NCBI RefSeq assembly: GCF_963921235.1
Contig: NC_086097.1
Span: 233,742,001-233,806,000 of the forward strand
DNA: 64,000 nt
Source: Mobula hypostoma
Taxonomy: Eukaryota
Direction: 5' to 3'
Made by a program: the position numbers and the translations under genes. The notes below the pieces were generated by a model that saw only the letters and a list, made by a program, of their open reading frames with translations, was not told where the DNA came from and ran no database searches. Of the stretch, positions 25,715 through 39,879 are shown piece after piece; position 1 is the stretch's first letter; each line of letters opens with the position of its first letter.

Positions 25715-26670
25715 ATGAGACAATCAAGCAGAGTCAGCATGGTTTTATGAAAGGGAAATTGGGTTTCACTAATCTATTAGAGTGGCTTCAAGGATATAAT
25801 AAATAGTATTTATAAAAATGATGCAGTTCATATAGGGTGCTTGGATTTCCAAAAAACATTTCATTAAGTGCTACATCAAAGACTATTGCACAAGATATGG
25901 ACACATATGACTGGAGGAGGTATGTTTCCATGGATAGAGGAATGATTATTTAACAGAAAATAGTCATTATAAGAGGGTCATTTTTATATTGGCAATCATT
26001 AGGTAAAGGAAAGCCTCAGGGATTAGTTCTAGTCCTTCGATTATTTATAATCAATGTTAATAACATGGATGAAGGAACCAAATCCTCTGCAGCCACATTT
26101 GACACAAAGATAGATGGGCTAGTATGCTGTGAGGGTACAGTAAGAAGTAATTAGGCAAGCTGATAAGATTTTGGCCTTTGTTTCAAGGGAAGGATTGATG
26201 CAACTTTATAGATTTCAGGTGAAGCAACACCTGGAGGACAATGTTCTGCAAGCAGTGTGAAGGAAATTCACTGTTAATTTTAGGGATGAAAGGGTTGATG
26301 TATGAAGGAAGTTTGAGCAGATTGGGTCCATAATCACTGGGGTTTAAAGAATGTGATGTGATCTTGAGGAGACATAGGATGAATGATGATAGCATGATCC
26401 TCTAAGTCAGGATATCTTGAAACAGGTGCAAAAAGCTTCAGAACAAAGGGGTCACTTATTTAAAGCAAGGATGAGGGAAAATTTAGTTTCACAAAGGTCG
26501 TGACTCTTTGAATTCCCCATTTTCTGAGAGCTATGAAGGGAGAACTATTAAAAATATCCTAGGAGAGTTTGACAGATATTTAAGCTTCATGGAATGTGTC
26601 TGGGAAATGGGTGTTGAAGTCAAGATTGGATCATTGATGACCCTGATAAATGATAGAACAGGCTTGTTCT
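25715..26670 (+). mobile_element. Old, highly decayed CR1 RT region
   Basis: QSQHGFMKGK...TNLLE, LDFQK.F and PQG.VL.P remnants, with many stops. Confidence 0.7.
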
Positions 26671-26689
26671 ATCATTGTTCCGAACTTTA

Positions 26690-28030
26690 ACAAATTTCTA
26701 TAGATGTATGGTGGAGAGGATATTGACTGGCAGCCTGGTATGGAACCACCAATGTCCTTGTCCTGAAAAGGCAACATAAGTTAATGGATATGGCCCAGTC
26801 CATCATGGGTAAGCCCTCGCCACCATTGAGCACATCTACATGAAGTGTTGTCGCAGGAAAGCAGCATCAATTGTCAGTGCCCCCCACCACCCAGGTCATG
26901 CTCTCTTCTTGCTGCTGCCAGGAGTCTCAGGACTCACACCAACAGGTTCAGAAAAAGGTACTACCCCTCAATCATTAGTCTCTTGAACTCAACTTCACAT
27001 GCCCCATTATTGCAAGGTTTCCACATCCTATGGACTCACTTTCAAAGGTTCTCAATATTACGAGGTGGCCTACAGGGAAGAAGTCATCTCTCTGACACAG
27101 TGATGTCAAGAAAACAACCTCTTCCTCAATGTTGCAAAAACAAAGGAGCTGGTTGTAGATTACATGAGGAATGGAGACAGGCTAACCCCTATTGACATCA
27201 ATGGATCTGGATTTGAGAGGGTGAACAGCTTCAAGTTCCTTGGCATCCACATCACCGAGGACCTCACGTGGTCTGTACACACCAGCTGTGTGGTGGAAAA
27301 GGCACAACAGCACCTCTTTCACCTCAGACGGTTGAGGAAGTTTGGTATGGCCCCCAAATCCTAAGAACTTTCTACAGGGGTACAATTGAGAGCATCCTGA
27401 CTGGCTGCATCACTGCCTGGTATGGGAACTGTACCTCCCTTAATTGCAGGACTCTGCAGAGAGTGGTGCGGACAGCCCAGTGCATTTGTAGTTGTGAACT
27501 TCCCATGATTCAGGACATTTACAAGGACAGGTGTGTAAAAAGGGCCCGTAGGATCATTGGGGACTCAAGCCATCCCAACCACAATGTATCCCAGCTGCTA
27601 CCATCAGGGAAACAGTACTGCAGCATAGAAGTCAGGACCAACAGGCTCCGGGACAGCTTCTTCCACCAGGCCATCAGACTGATGAACTCACGCTGATTTG
27701 AATGTACTCTATGTTACATTGACTGTTCTATTTATTATAAATTACTATGATTGCACATTTAGATGGAGACATAACGTATAGATTTTTACTCCTCATGTAA
27801 GTGAAGGATGTAAGAAATAAAGTCAATTCAATTATTTATTTACTTTTATCGTTTCTTCTTTTTGCATATGCACAATGTGTTGCTTTCTGCACTCTGGTTG
27901 AATGCCCTAGTGGGGTGCTCTTTCATTGATTCTGTTATAGTTATTATTCTATAGATTTGTTGAGTATGCCAACAAGAAAATTAATCTTGGGGTTGTGTAT
28001 GTATTTTGATAATAAACCTTACTTTGAACT
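26690..28030 (+). mobile_element. Rex1/Babar 3' fragment with a younger Rex1 copy (~27058-27832) nested inside
   Basis: AYREEV..LT, FKFLGIHITEDLTWS, FYRGTIESILTGCITAWYG, RLRDSFFHQAIRL; inner copy ends AATAAAGTCAATTCAATT. Confidence 0.85.
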
Positions 28031-29344
28031 TTCTGATCTTTGTGGATTTAAATAACCTTTTCCTGCTGCTCCCTTTTATGTATTTAGGATTGCTAAAACA
28101 CAGGAAAAATATAAACAAGTGGATTTTACAATTGTTACCAGTGCAAAAAAGGGAAGGGAAATAATTCAGAATTTTGTTTTTGCAATATCCCGTTCTGAAA
28201 TGCTGTTGCTTTTAAATATCCATTTTAATTAGAATGATAATGAAATAATATCATTGACTAAGTCAAAATAGGCACAAGGTATCAAGAAATCCTTTTGGGA
28301 ACATTAGGTTTGACTGTAATAGACAAAACAGATGCAGATTTATTAGTTCAGCAGGAGTCAACTGAAGAACAATTCCTTCAGGAAGAATAATTGAAGCATT
28401 TTTACCACCTCTGACTATTTGCATGATCACTTCAGATAAATTAGAATGAGTTAACTCACTTAGTTTGGCTGGACTTCGTTAGAGAGTTTTCTGAGCCTCT
28501 GCAGATTGCTTGTTTTCTACAAGGACCTGCCAGAAGTTCCAGATGTAGTTTCAGTGATTTTCCATGTCATCTTGTCTGTAGCTGATGCAGCAAATTAAAA
28601 AGCATTTAGGATTATACACATCTTAAATGACTACAAACAATTACGTGTACAAATCTCTTCCTTGTTTGTCGAAATGTTATCATTATATCAACTATATTGT
28701 ATTATCCCACCGTGAATAACAATAGACTATCATTTATTATTTTCTTAAATGCAAGTTTAGATGGGTCAGGTTTTGACTGCTGCATCATGGAAGCTTCTTA
28801 AATCAATTTGTAGATAGTTCAAGAATAGGAGGGGCTGTACTGGTGTTAGTTAATCAGCATAGCCAGATGACTGACAATGATAGTCAATGAACAGGGTAGG
28901 AACAGTGACAACAACTCCTTAAATTTTAAGATAGCTATAAATAAGGATGAATATGGACATTGTGGGAGGGTATTAAACGGGATCGGGGCAAATTACTAAA
29001 GCATTAGGCAGGAACTGGGGAGAATTAACTGTGAGCAGCTGTTTTTGAGCAAGTCCACATCTGACATGAGGCTGTTTAAAGATTAATTGCACAGAGTACA
29101 GGACAGGTATGTTCCAATTAGAAGGAAGGACAAGGATGGCAAGGTAAGAGAGCCTTCAAAGTGGAGAGAGGTGATGAATTTGGTCAAGAAGAAAAGGAAA
29201 AGCTTGTGAAGTTTAGGAAGCTAGAATCAGAGCATCTGTGGATTATAAAGAAGCCAGAAAAGAACTCAAGAAGGGAAACTCACGAGGGGTCATGAAACAT
29301 CCTTGGTGATGACGGTTATCCTGACTGGTGGCAGTAGGCACGAT

Positions 29345-32342
29345 TGGCACCTAAGATGGCTCTCCATGGGGAGAGGGTTGGTAGCCATGAAGCACTTCAA
29401 AGGGTGACATACCTGTTGCAGAGGAGGTGTGTAGGTTATGGGACAACTTGACCCAGAGCTGATATTTCTTCCATGTGGAAGGGTTAGAGGCAGCGAAGCA
29501 TTGCAAAATCTTCTTCATTTGCTGATTGCCTCTTTCTGACTGTCCATCGGTCTGTGGATGATAGCCAGGGGACAAACTCACTGAGGTGCTGAGGAGGGAG
29601 CAGAAGGCTTGCTGGAAGTGGGAGACAAACTCTGGGCCCCAGTATCTTGGGGGAGGCTATGGAAGTGAAGAGCATTTTGGAAAGCTGGATCCGCCAACAC
29701 ACCGTCTGCTTGAAACTTTGAGAGTGCAACAAAGTGGGCTTCCTTGGAGAACCAGTCCACCACATTCATGATCACCATAGCCACATCAGAAGGTGGCAAC
29801 CTGTGATGAAATCAGTGGTTGTCAAGGGCCAGGCCGAGGCTGCAGGAGCCCAGAGGGCCACTGGTTGGAGGGATTGTACAGGCACATTGACGGCAGGCAG
29901 CAACAAACTGATGTAACATACATCAAAGTTGCTGGTGAACGCAGCAGGCCAAGCAGCATCTATAGGAAGATGTACATCTGCAGTCATGATGGACCACCAG
30001 AACAGGCATCACAGACAATCCAGAGCCTGTCATGTGTCTGGATGGCCAGAGAGTGGTGAAGACTTGACCCACTGGAATATGTCAGAGCACATGACCGTTG
30101 GCATGTCTATGGTCTTGAGGTCATTGAAGAAGATGAGGATGTTGCTGAGGTAGAAGAACACATACCTGTGTAGCATGACTCAGAGGATTGCATGAATGAA
30201 GGCTTGGGAAATGGCTAGACTGTTTCAAAATCAGAAAGGCATCACCAAGCATTAACAGTGGCCAGTGGATGTAATGAACACCATCTTCCATTCATCCCTC
30301 GGTGGATACAGTTCTGGTTGAAAGTGCTCTGTCAATCCAGTTTGGTGAAGATCTTGGCCCCATAGAGATTTTCAAATGTGCTATCCATCAAGGGGAGAGG
30401 GTAGCAGTTCTTAATGATGATTTTGTTGAGTCCATGAAAGTCAATGCAGGGATGAAGACCCCCATCTTTCTTCTTGACAAAGAAGAATCCTGCAACAGCT
30501 CGGCACTGAAATGGTCAAGTGACACAGTACTGTAGTGCTTTGGCGATGTAGTTATTCGTGGCTTGGGTCATTGAAGGAGAGAAAGAGAACAGGTGACTTC
30601 GGCGATGGGGAGGAGATCAATTGTGCGATTGTATGGTCTGTGAGATGACAAGGTGCTGGCTTTCCTCTTATTGAAAGTGATGGGTAAGTTGTAGCATTCC
30701 TGGGGGAGTTTGGTGAGATTGAGAGTAACTCTGCTCCACGGATTGATGGGGTGAGTTCAACTAAGGTTGCTGGCAGATGGGTTGCCATCTCAGGAGAACA
30801 CAGGCAAAGTGAGGGTCCTCAGTGGAGAGCCATGGATAACCCCAGATAAGAGGAGTGTTGGTTGAGTTGATCAGGAGGAATTGGATGAACTCATGGTACT
30901 CTCTAACTCTGATGTACACTCTGACCATCCCAGATCTCAAGGGACCTCTCTCAATGGCATGATGCAGAAGCAGAGAGAGGTAGACTAAGTAGGGATTCCA
31001 AGCTGTGCGCACAGAATCCGGTCCAAAAAGTTCCCAGTTGTGTCGGAATCCTCCAGCGACCACTGTGTGTAAAGAGCAGTAAGGATGTAGAGGAGGACAA
31101 GGAGAGTGAGTTGGACTATGGTTGTCTGCCAGAGCGATAATGCTTTCAAGGTCATTGGGCATCTCCCAGGTAAACAGATCATCATTTAAGTGCTCCAGGA
31201 TGCTATAACGGTAATGGAACAGTAGCACTTCTGTATTCCAACCACACTCTATCACAAGGGTCCTGAATTCTATGGTTTAATCCAGCACAGAGCAAGAGCC
31301 GTGATGTAGGCGAAATGTCTGATCTGCTTCCACTTTCTTGATGGTTGAAAATCCGGTACATCACATTGGAAGAAATCTGGAGCTGGGGTCCCCAAGACAG
31401 TTACAACTTCGCTCTGGCAACCTCTGCGACAACACTGGTGCCAAGCTGTATCGGCGCTTGCCCTTCCCTTGGACTACATCAGTGACGTGGAGAGGGGGAA
31501 CCTGCTGCATGGGTAGCAGCCGGTTCTTCAAACCTTCCTGCCCAGGCTTGCACCCTGGTCCACCACAGTCCACCAAAGGCACAAACCCATGATTCTCTGG
31601 GATCGATGGTGGCTACTACGACTACTGTGGTGAAATCTGGATACTTTAGTGTTTCTGTTAGAGGCAGCCCAGGTCAGAGATTGCCCAGTCAAGAGAGAAA
31701 TGACAAAGGCAATCTTGGCTTTGTCCGTAATATACAGAGTGGTTGGAGTTCAAAAGGTCAAATGCATTGGTACAGGAAGTTGCAGCATCAGGCTGGCGAT
31801 CCTTTAAGTCATTCAGGCGCTGGAATCTGGAGCTCCGAGTGATATGATTGACTGGTCCAAGGTTGTTGTATTGAGAAGGAGAGTTGGTTGAGAGCGGCAA
31901 GCAGGTAGTTCTGTGATTTCCTCTGCTTCTGGATCAATTGCTCCTGCCAACAAATGACTTCCTTTATACATACTGTTGGGTTAGTCACTGGTTTACTCAT
32001 CCTGTCAAGAAATATAGAGAAGGCTTGATCCAAACACAGAGCAGTGAAAGCTATTTAGAAGTGAGCAATAACTTTAGTAAAAAATAAATTCAAAGTAACA
32101 AGCTATGAGGGACCACCAAGCAAGAGAGAACAGATATTTAACGCGATAAGGCAACAAGGTAACTGATGGCTAGGAAGAATTGGTTGAGGCTGGCTGTTTC
32201 ATTTGATTCAACCAGGATTGTGGGTGAGAGCTGGGTTTAAGTAGGCTGCAGGTGATATGTTGGAAACTAGTGACTCTTGTTTCCAGGCGATTCCTGTTAG
32301 CTGGGGGGAGAATGGGAGGACCCAAATTGTGCAGAGCTGACA
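29345..32342 (-). mobile_element. Ty3/Gypsy retrotransposon (sushi/chromovirus-like), decayed; 5' LTR at 32003-32342
   Basis: Minus peptides: integrase GYHPQTDGQSER.NQ..TSSATGMSPFE..GYQP and [25 protein letters not shown]; protease GYPWL; gag ECGWN. LTR termini TGTCA...TGACA. Confidence 0.85.
31395..31590 (+). mobile_element. SINE fragment related to 8757-9060, nested in Gypsy gag
   Basis: CTCTGCGACAACACTGGTGCCAAGCTGTAT...CCCTTCCCTTGGAC...GTGGAGAGGGG...GCCCAGGC aligns to the reverse complement of ~8800-8945. Confidence 0.7.
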
Positions 32343-35224
32343 AGGATAGGGAGATCAGTGTTGCGCATTTCAAAGTAATGGAGGAGTTAGAGATGGGTCT
32401 CTTAAAGAGCATTAAGGTGGATAAGTCCCCAGGGTCTAATGGGATATACCCCAGATTATTGAAAGAGGCAAGAGAAGAGATTACTGAGACCTTGACCAAT
32501 ATCTTTGTGTTCCCTCTAGCCACAGGTGAGATCACGGAGGACTGGCAAGTAGCTAATGATGTTCCTTTATACAAGAAGGAAATTGGAGAAAATCCTAGAA
32601 ACTATAGACCAGTGAGTCTCACATTAGTGGTAGGGAAGTTACTTGCGAGGGAGAGGATTTATGAGCATTTTGGAAAGCCATGTCCTAATTAGGGAGAGCC
32701 TGCATGGTTTTGTGTGGGGTAAGTCATGCCTTACTTATTTGATTGAGTTTTTTCAACCGGTGAGGAGGATGGTTGATGAGGTGGAGCTGTGGATGTTGTC
32801 TTCATGGGTTTTAGTAAGGCTTTTGACAAGGACACCCATGAGAGTCTCATTTAGAAGATTAATTTGTATGGGGAATTGACCATTTGGATTCAGAAGTGGC
32901 TTGTCATAGAAGACAGAGGGTAGTGGCTGAAGGGATTTAATCTCACTGGAGGTCTATGGCGAGTGGTGTTACACAGGGATTAGTACTAGGACCACTGCTG
33001 TTTGTCATGTATATAAATAACCTAGATGAAAACTTAGATGGGTGAGTTAGAAAGTTTGCAGATGATACAAATATTGGTGGTGTGGTGGTTAGCGTAGAAG
33101 GCTGGCAAGGAATACAACGGGATATAGATCAGTTCCAGATATGGGTAGAGGAATGGCATATGGAGTCTAACCTGGCCAAATATAAAGTGTTGCTCCTTTG
33201 TAGGTCAAATGTAAAGAGACACTACACTGTTAAGGGCGAAGTCCTTAACAGTGTTGATGAGCAGAGGGATTTTGGGTTCCAAGTTCATAGCTCCCTGAAA
33301 GTGGCTCACAGGATGACAGGGAGATATGCTTGCCTTTGCTAGTCAAAGATTTCAGTTGAGAAGTCATGAAATTATGTTGCAGTTTTATAACATTCTAGTT
33401 TGGCCGTATCTGGAGTATTGCATAGAGTTCTGGTAATCCCCATTGTAGGAAGGAACGCTTTAGAGAGAGTGCAGAAGTTGATTACCAGAATGTTGCTTGG
33501 AACAGTGGGCATGTGCTATCATGAGAAATTTCTCAAACTTGGGTTGTTTTCTCTGGATTGGCAGAAGCTGAGGAGAGATCTGACAGAGCTTAATAAAATT
33601 ATGGGAGGCATAGATAGACAGGCATTATCTATTTCCAGGGTTAAAATGTCTCATATCAGAGGGCATGCATTTAAGGTGAGAAAGGGTCGTTTCAAAGAAG
33701 ATGTGAGGGGCAAGTTTTTTTACACAGAAAAAACTGTGAACCAAATGGAACGTGCTGCCTGAGGTTGGGGTAGAGGCAGAGACATCAGAGACTATTCAAG
33801 GATGTTTAGATAGGCACATGAATGTAAGGAAAATGGAAGAATGTGGACATTATGTAGGCAGAAGAGATTAGTTTAGTCAGCCATTTGATTATTAATTTTT
33901 AATTGATTTGGCACAACATTGTGGACCAAATGGCCTATTCCTGTGGCTGTACTGTTCTATGTTCTATATTCTAAATAGATGGCACAATATACCAACTATA
34001 ACACCCTACTTTGTTTATTACCATCAAGGTATGCAGCACAATTGGACAAAAAGATACAAATCAACTACAGATATAAATACATCCAACCAATTTAAAGACA
34101 TTTTATTAATTTATTTATTGAATTATATGGTTCAATTCTACAAAATAAACAAACCTTCAACAAAATGTAGCTTGTCTTCTTCTCATATTAAGATATTACA
34201 TTCAATTTCCCATTATGATTTTCTGATGGTTAAGTCTCAATTCAGGCACCAATATCCAATGAATAAACCTTATTTTCTTAAAATGATATACAAATTGGTT
34301 TTGTTCCCGGGCTCCAAATTGCTGCAAGATAGGATGTTAGCTATAGACCATTTACTGTAAGATACACAGTTAAATTTTATTGTAAGTCAGAATAGATTGA
34401 CCTGAAGTGCTATGATAAGTGATTACCTTAAGCAAGTCAAAATTAAATCTTCCTGTTCTTTCCTGAAGAAATGAACATATATATATATGGGAAAAAAGAA
34501 CAGCATCTTTGCCTTTGCCAGGCGAAAGATTTAATGTGTTTGCAAGCTCTAATGGTCTGTAGAGGAGGATACTCTAACTGATTCCATGTGGAAATAAATT
34601 TATCCATGATACACTTGGGGGATTTGACCATTATATTGTCCTTATAGAGACCAAGTTCTTGGTAACTTTGTTCTCTTTTGTAAATAGCACAGTTCATCAT
34701 CAGCAGCAGAATTGCATTCAACCACGATCTGGAAACACTGAGCTAAAGCGTTTCCTTTACTTTAAAATTGTCACTAAGTGAAATCTGCACGAAAGTCTGG
34801 TGTTAGTATCTTCAGTTTATTGAGGGTGATATCAAAGTGCTGGGAAGTAAATTCAGCAGCACTGTCAAATGGTACTGACTCATCAAGTATCTACCAGCAT
34901 GATTCAAATCAAAACTTTTTTACAGCTTTGGATCAGATCGTACAGTAGACCGAATTTCCAGGATAATTTGAGGTGAGAGGGACTTACCTTGACATTAAGC
35001 CAGCATTACGTCTAATCTGATGTAAAGGACATCTTAAAAATGAAGTCAAATGGGGATTAAATGGAAAGCCGTCTGCAGCTGGATTCACTCACATCAATAT
35101 CTACAAATCTCTTCAAAGCAATTCAAGTTCCTTTTTTCCACTTTAAGGCAGTGCTTAAAATGACTTTTAATTAGACTATAGGACATTTGAGCAGAACATA
35201 GCCATTCAGCTCATCAAGTCCACT

Positions 35225-36520
35225 CCGCCACTCGATCCGACTGAACAACTGGTATCCTTTCACACTCACCTCAATAATAAGCAAATGCTTTGAGAGGCTA
35301 GTCAAGGATTACATCTGCAGCTTGCTGCCACCCACACTGGACCCTCTACAATTCGCCTACCGACACAACTGACCGACAAGCGACGCAATAGCCACTGCTC
35401 TGCATACCGTCCTTACACATCTAGAGTAGAAGGTTGCTTTTGTGAGAATGCTGTTCTTGGATAACAGTTCAACATTCAACACCACCGTTCCATCCAAGCA
35501 TGACAAGAAGCTCAGAGACCTCAGCCTTGACCGTGCCTTGTGCAGTCGGATCTTGTAAGAGTGGGCTCCCTCAACTCCAACACTCTGACTCTCAATACAG
35601 GAGCCCCTCAGGGCTGCGTACTGAGTCCTCTCCTTGTATACCCATAATTGTATCACCACTCACAGCGCCAATCAGCTAATTAAATTTGCCGAAGACACTA
35701 CATTGATTGACCTTATCTCAAACAATAACGAGGCGGCCTACAGGGAAGAAGTCATCTCTCTGACACAGTGGTGTCAAGAAAACAAACTCTCCCTCAGTGT
35801 CGCAAAAACAGAGGAGCTGGTCGAGGATTACAGGAGGAATGTAGATGGACTAACCCCTATTGACATCAATGGATCCGGGGTTGAGAGGGTAAACAGCTTA
35901 CAAGTTCCTCGGCATCCACATCACCGAGGAACTCACGTGGTCTGTACACACCAGTTGTGTAGTGAAAAAGGCACAACAGCTCCTCTTTCACCTCAGACGG
36001 TTGGGCCCCCCCCCCCGCCAAATGCTAAGAATTTTCTACAGGGGCACAGTTGAGGGCATCCTGACTGCCTGCATCACTGCCTGGCTTGGGACCTGTACCT
36101 CCCTTAATCGCAGGATTCTGCAGAGAGTGGTGCAGACAGCCCAGCGCATCTGTAGTTGTGAATTTCCCATGATTCAGGACATTTACAAGGACAGGTGTGT
36201 AAAAAGGGCCCATAGGATCACTGGGGATCCAAGACATCCCAACCACAATCTATTCCAGTTGCTACCATTCGGGAAGTGATACCACAGCATAAAAACCAGG
36301 AACAACGGGCTCTGGGATGGCTTCTTCCACCAGGCCATCAGACTGATGATCTCACGCTGATTTGAGTGTACTCTATATTACACTTACTGTTCTATTTCTT
36401 ATAAATTATTATGAATTACTATGATTGCACATTGCACATTTAGATAGAGATGTAACGTAAAGATTTTTACTCCATATGTATGTGAAGGATGTAAGAAATA
36501 AAGTCAATTCAATTCAATTC
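35225..36520 (+). mobile_element. Rex1/Babar LINE RT region, decayed (same subfamily as the 27058-27832 copy)
   Basis: GAPQGCVLSPLL, LIKFAEDTTLI.LISNNNEAAYREEV; the same 3' UTR ending (CAATT)n. Confidence 0.9.
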
Positions 36521-37565
36521 ATGGCTGTCCCACCAGAAACTAAGACTTTGTATCTCCATTATTGTATTTTTTTGTGATATGCTGTCAAAATTCCATAATG
36601 CACCTTGTAAGGTTTTTTTGATACGTTAATGGTACTATTTAGATGAATCTTGCTTTCCAAATTGCCTCTACTTTTTTTCATTTTGATATTCTGTTCTTCG
36701 GAGGGAGGACCTCAGTGTAAGGAACTTCAAAAAATATTCAGCATACTATCAAATAAATCCATTGAAAAGTAGGCAGAGTGTTTTTTGTTTCCCAAAACAA
36801 ATGGTGTGAATCTTGCAGGATCATTACAGAGTTTAGGCTCATTGAGTCAATGTTAGGTAGCAGGCTTAAATTAAAATCTTTAATAATATTAACAAGCTCA
36901 AAAGGCAAATTAATTAAGCCATTTCATCATGTAATCATGTAACTTTTTAATTTAAAGTCTGAAAAATTAAATTTCAAACTATTGAAAAGGAAATCACGGG
37001 AAAGAATTTCTTTCCCTAAAGGCAACTTTAGAATTTTAAGTTGTTCATAATGTATAGATGTATGAATGAGGAAATTGGCTGAGACCCTTGAGGCTACTCC
37101 ATTGCCAGGGGCTAAATTTCTATGATCTTTTTATTGACATACCATAGAGACCCATTGGGATACATCACAGCTTGGTAAGGCAACTGATCTGCTCATGACT
37201 ACAGAGAGTTGTGGACACAGAAACCAGTCCCCCCTCCCCAGCCCCTATACCTATTGCGCCTCAGTGAATTAGCTGGAAAATGAATATCTCCACCCATTGT
37301 AGACACACTTTCTTTTCCCATTGGGCAGAAGATACCAAAGCCTGAAAGCACATACTACTTAGCTGAAGGATGGCATCCACCTTGGTGTAATAAGAGTATT
37401 TTATGGTTCCTTAGATGGACTCCTGATCTCATTATGATCCTCTATCTTATTGTCCACCTGCACTGCACTTCCTCTATAGATGTCACATTTTATTCTACAG
37501 TCTGCTATTATTTTACATTTACTGCCTCGAATGCAATATTTAATGATTTGATCTATAAAATACTA

Positions 37566-38035
37566 TGGGCTCCATGGTAGCGTAGTGCTTAGTGCAGCGC
37601 TCTCACGGTGGGTCATCAGAGTTCAGAGTTCAAAGTTCAGTGCCGGCATCCTCTGTAAGTGGTTTGTCTGTCCTCCATGTGGAATCCATGGGCTTCCTCT
37701 GGGTGCACTGGTTTCCACCCACGGTTCAAAGAGAAGATCACAAGACCAGAAGACATAGGAGTAGAATTTGGTCATTGAGTCTGCTCCACTATTTCATCAT
37801 GGCTGTTCCATTTTCCTCCCAGCCCCAATCTCCCGCCTTCTCCCCGTATCTCTTCATGTCTTCACAAATCAATTATCTATTAACCTTTGCCTTAAACACA
37901 CCCAGTGCAATTATACCTGTTAGCAGGTGAATTGGTCATTGCAAATTGCCCCAGGATTAAACTTTGGTTAAATCTGTGGGTTGCTGGCAGCTTGTGTCAA
38001 AGTGCCGCAAGGGCCTTTCCTATGCTATAAAATAA
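37566..38035 (+). mobile_element. V-domain (HE1-like) tRNA SINE interrupted by a minus-strand CR1 3' piece (~37731-37900)
   Basis: tRNA-like head GGTAGCGTAGTGCTTAG; V-domain-like GTTTGTCTGTCCTCCATGTG...GGGCTTCCTCTGGGTGCACTGGTTTCCACCCAC; later AATTGGTCATTGCAAATTGCCCC. Confidence 0.65.
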
Positions 38036-38387
38036 ATAAATATACTGTGTGAACACTATGCACAACAAAATTTTCTTTGAACTTGGTACATGTGACAATA
38101 ATAAAGCAATTTCAATTCCCATTCCAGTTCTACAGTATTTAATCGAATGTTAGGTGTTCTGAATATAATTACAACTTGGCATTGCTTCTTGCTCTGGAAA
38201 ACTTCACCCCATGTTTGAAGAATTGATCTTTTCTGCTTTAAAAATAGTCAAAGAATCTGCTTCAACTGTCTTGGAACAATAGAGATTCAAATACTCACAG
38301 AAAGATTGTTCTTCCCATGATAAATGTTTAAAATAAAATGTTTTACAGAAAATGACAAGTAATGACAAGGAATACATGCTTTACATA

Positions 38388-38902
38388 TGAGGCCATTGAG
38401 TACATGTTCATGGTTTTCTGCTGTTGTGGCCCATTCACTTTGGGGTTCGACGTGTTGTGGGATCAAGGATGCTCTCTGCACACCACTGTTGTTTTGCGTG
38501 GTTACATGAGTCACTGTTGCCTTCCTGTCGGATTGAAGCAGTCTAACCATTCGCCTCTGACCTCTCTCATTAACAAGGCATTTTTTGCTCATTGAACTGC
38601 CACTCACTGGATGCTTCTTGTTTTTGCACAGTTCTCTATACATTCTAGAGATTGTTCTGCATGAAAATCGCAGGAAATAAGCTGTTTCTGATATATTCAA
38701 ACCACCCTATCTGACACCAACAATCATTCAATGGTCAAAGTAACTTAGATCACATTTCTTCCCTAATCTGATATTTTGTCAGAACAACAAATGAAACTCT
38801 TGATCTTTTATGCATTGAGTTGCTGCCACACGATTGGATGATTAGATATTTACATTAATGAGAAAATGTACAAATGAATCTAATAAAGTGGCCACTGCAG
38901 TA
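38388..38902 (-). mobile_element. Tc1/mariner-derived non-autonomous element
   Basis: Minus ORF ISETA..L.FS..TISR.YRE...ERGQRRM.RL.Q.DRKAT (Tc1 transposase N-terminal HTH); TIR-like TAATAAAGTGGCCACTG. Confidence 0.85.
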
Positions 38903-39879
38903 AACTGTTATATAGAGAAGATAGGTTCATATATTTCAAAGCTTTACTCATTCAAAAGCAAAATAAACACAGGCACGCATAGAGCACTCATAGAGCACTC
39001 ATAAGAAAAGGAAAACAATAAAAAGAAAACAAGATCAAAAAAATGAGCTATTTATAGAGGAGAAGGGTAATTCTACTGAATGGCATTAAGCAACAAAAAA
39101 ATTACAGGCATGCCATCTTTGATTCTCTGTTGTATTCAGAGGTCTCCTGTCAAATAAAAACATTGTGAATGACCCAATAGGACTGGTAGACAGAATTTCA
39201 TGTTCAATAAAATAATAAACCTATTTCAGCACCAAGTATACAATCTTGTCTTATAATGTTTGTTTTTCACTCTTCTTCTGTAAGTTCAGCAGAACTTATG
39301 AGAGTTGCTGTAACTGTGAAAACCGGTTGGCCAAACTCCATTTAATTTGTACCACAGGATTTAGAAGCTCTGAATAGATGAATGATGATAGAGGTCATAG
39401 GTTAAGGGTGAAAGGGGAAGCGTTTAAGGGGAACATGTGGGGGCTTCTTCACTCAGAGGGTGGTGAGAGTGTGGAACGAGCAGCTAGTAGAAGTGGAGAA
39501 TGCAGCTTTGATTTCAATGTTTAATTTGGATAAGTACATGGATGAGAGGAGTGTGGAAGTTATTGTTTCTGTTTCAGTGTTCTATGGTCTATGAAGTGGA
39601 TTTATTAAGTCAAGTCAAACTGAATGTTGACTAATTAATAGTTGAGACTCGTAATTGGATTGAATACAACTATTTCAAAGCAATCCTAAGTAAATGGTTC
39701 AGGAAATGCTCCTATAACTATAGATATAAATTACATCTTTTTCTTAAAAACAAGGAAAAAAACTACAGTTGTTGTAAACCTGAAACAAAAACAGAAAATG
39801 TTGGAAAGATCAAGGTGTATCTGTGGAAAGAGAACAGCATTTCAGGTTGATCTCTGCAGGTCAAACAGTATCTACGGAC

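Larger units (their letters stand above)
28745..33968 (+). mobile_element. CR1 LINE (decayed) split by a Gypsy insertion: 28745-29305 and 32343-33968
   Basis: The left part is the endonuclease-RT linker. The right part reads KSIKVDKSPG..GIYPRLLKEAREEI...NYRPVSLT...FADDT and ends in a CR1 3' tail (TGTTCTAT)2. Confidence 0.85.
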
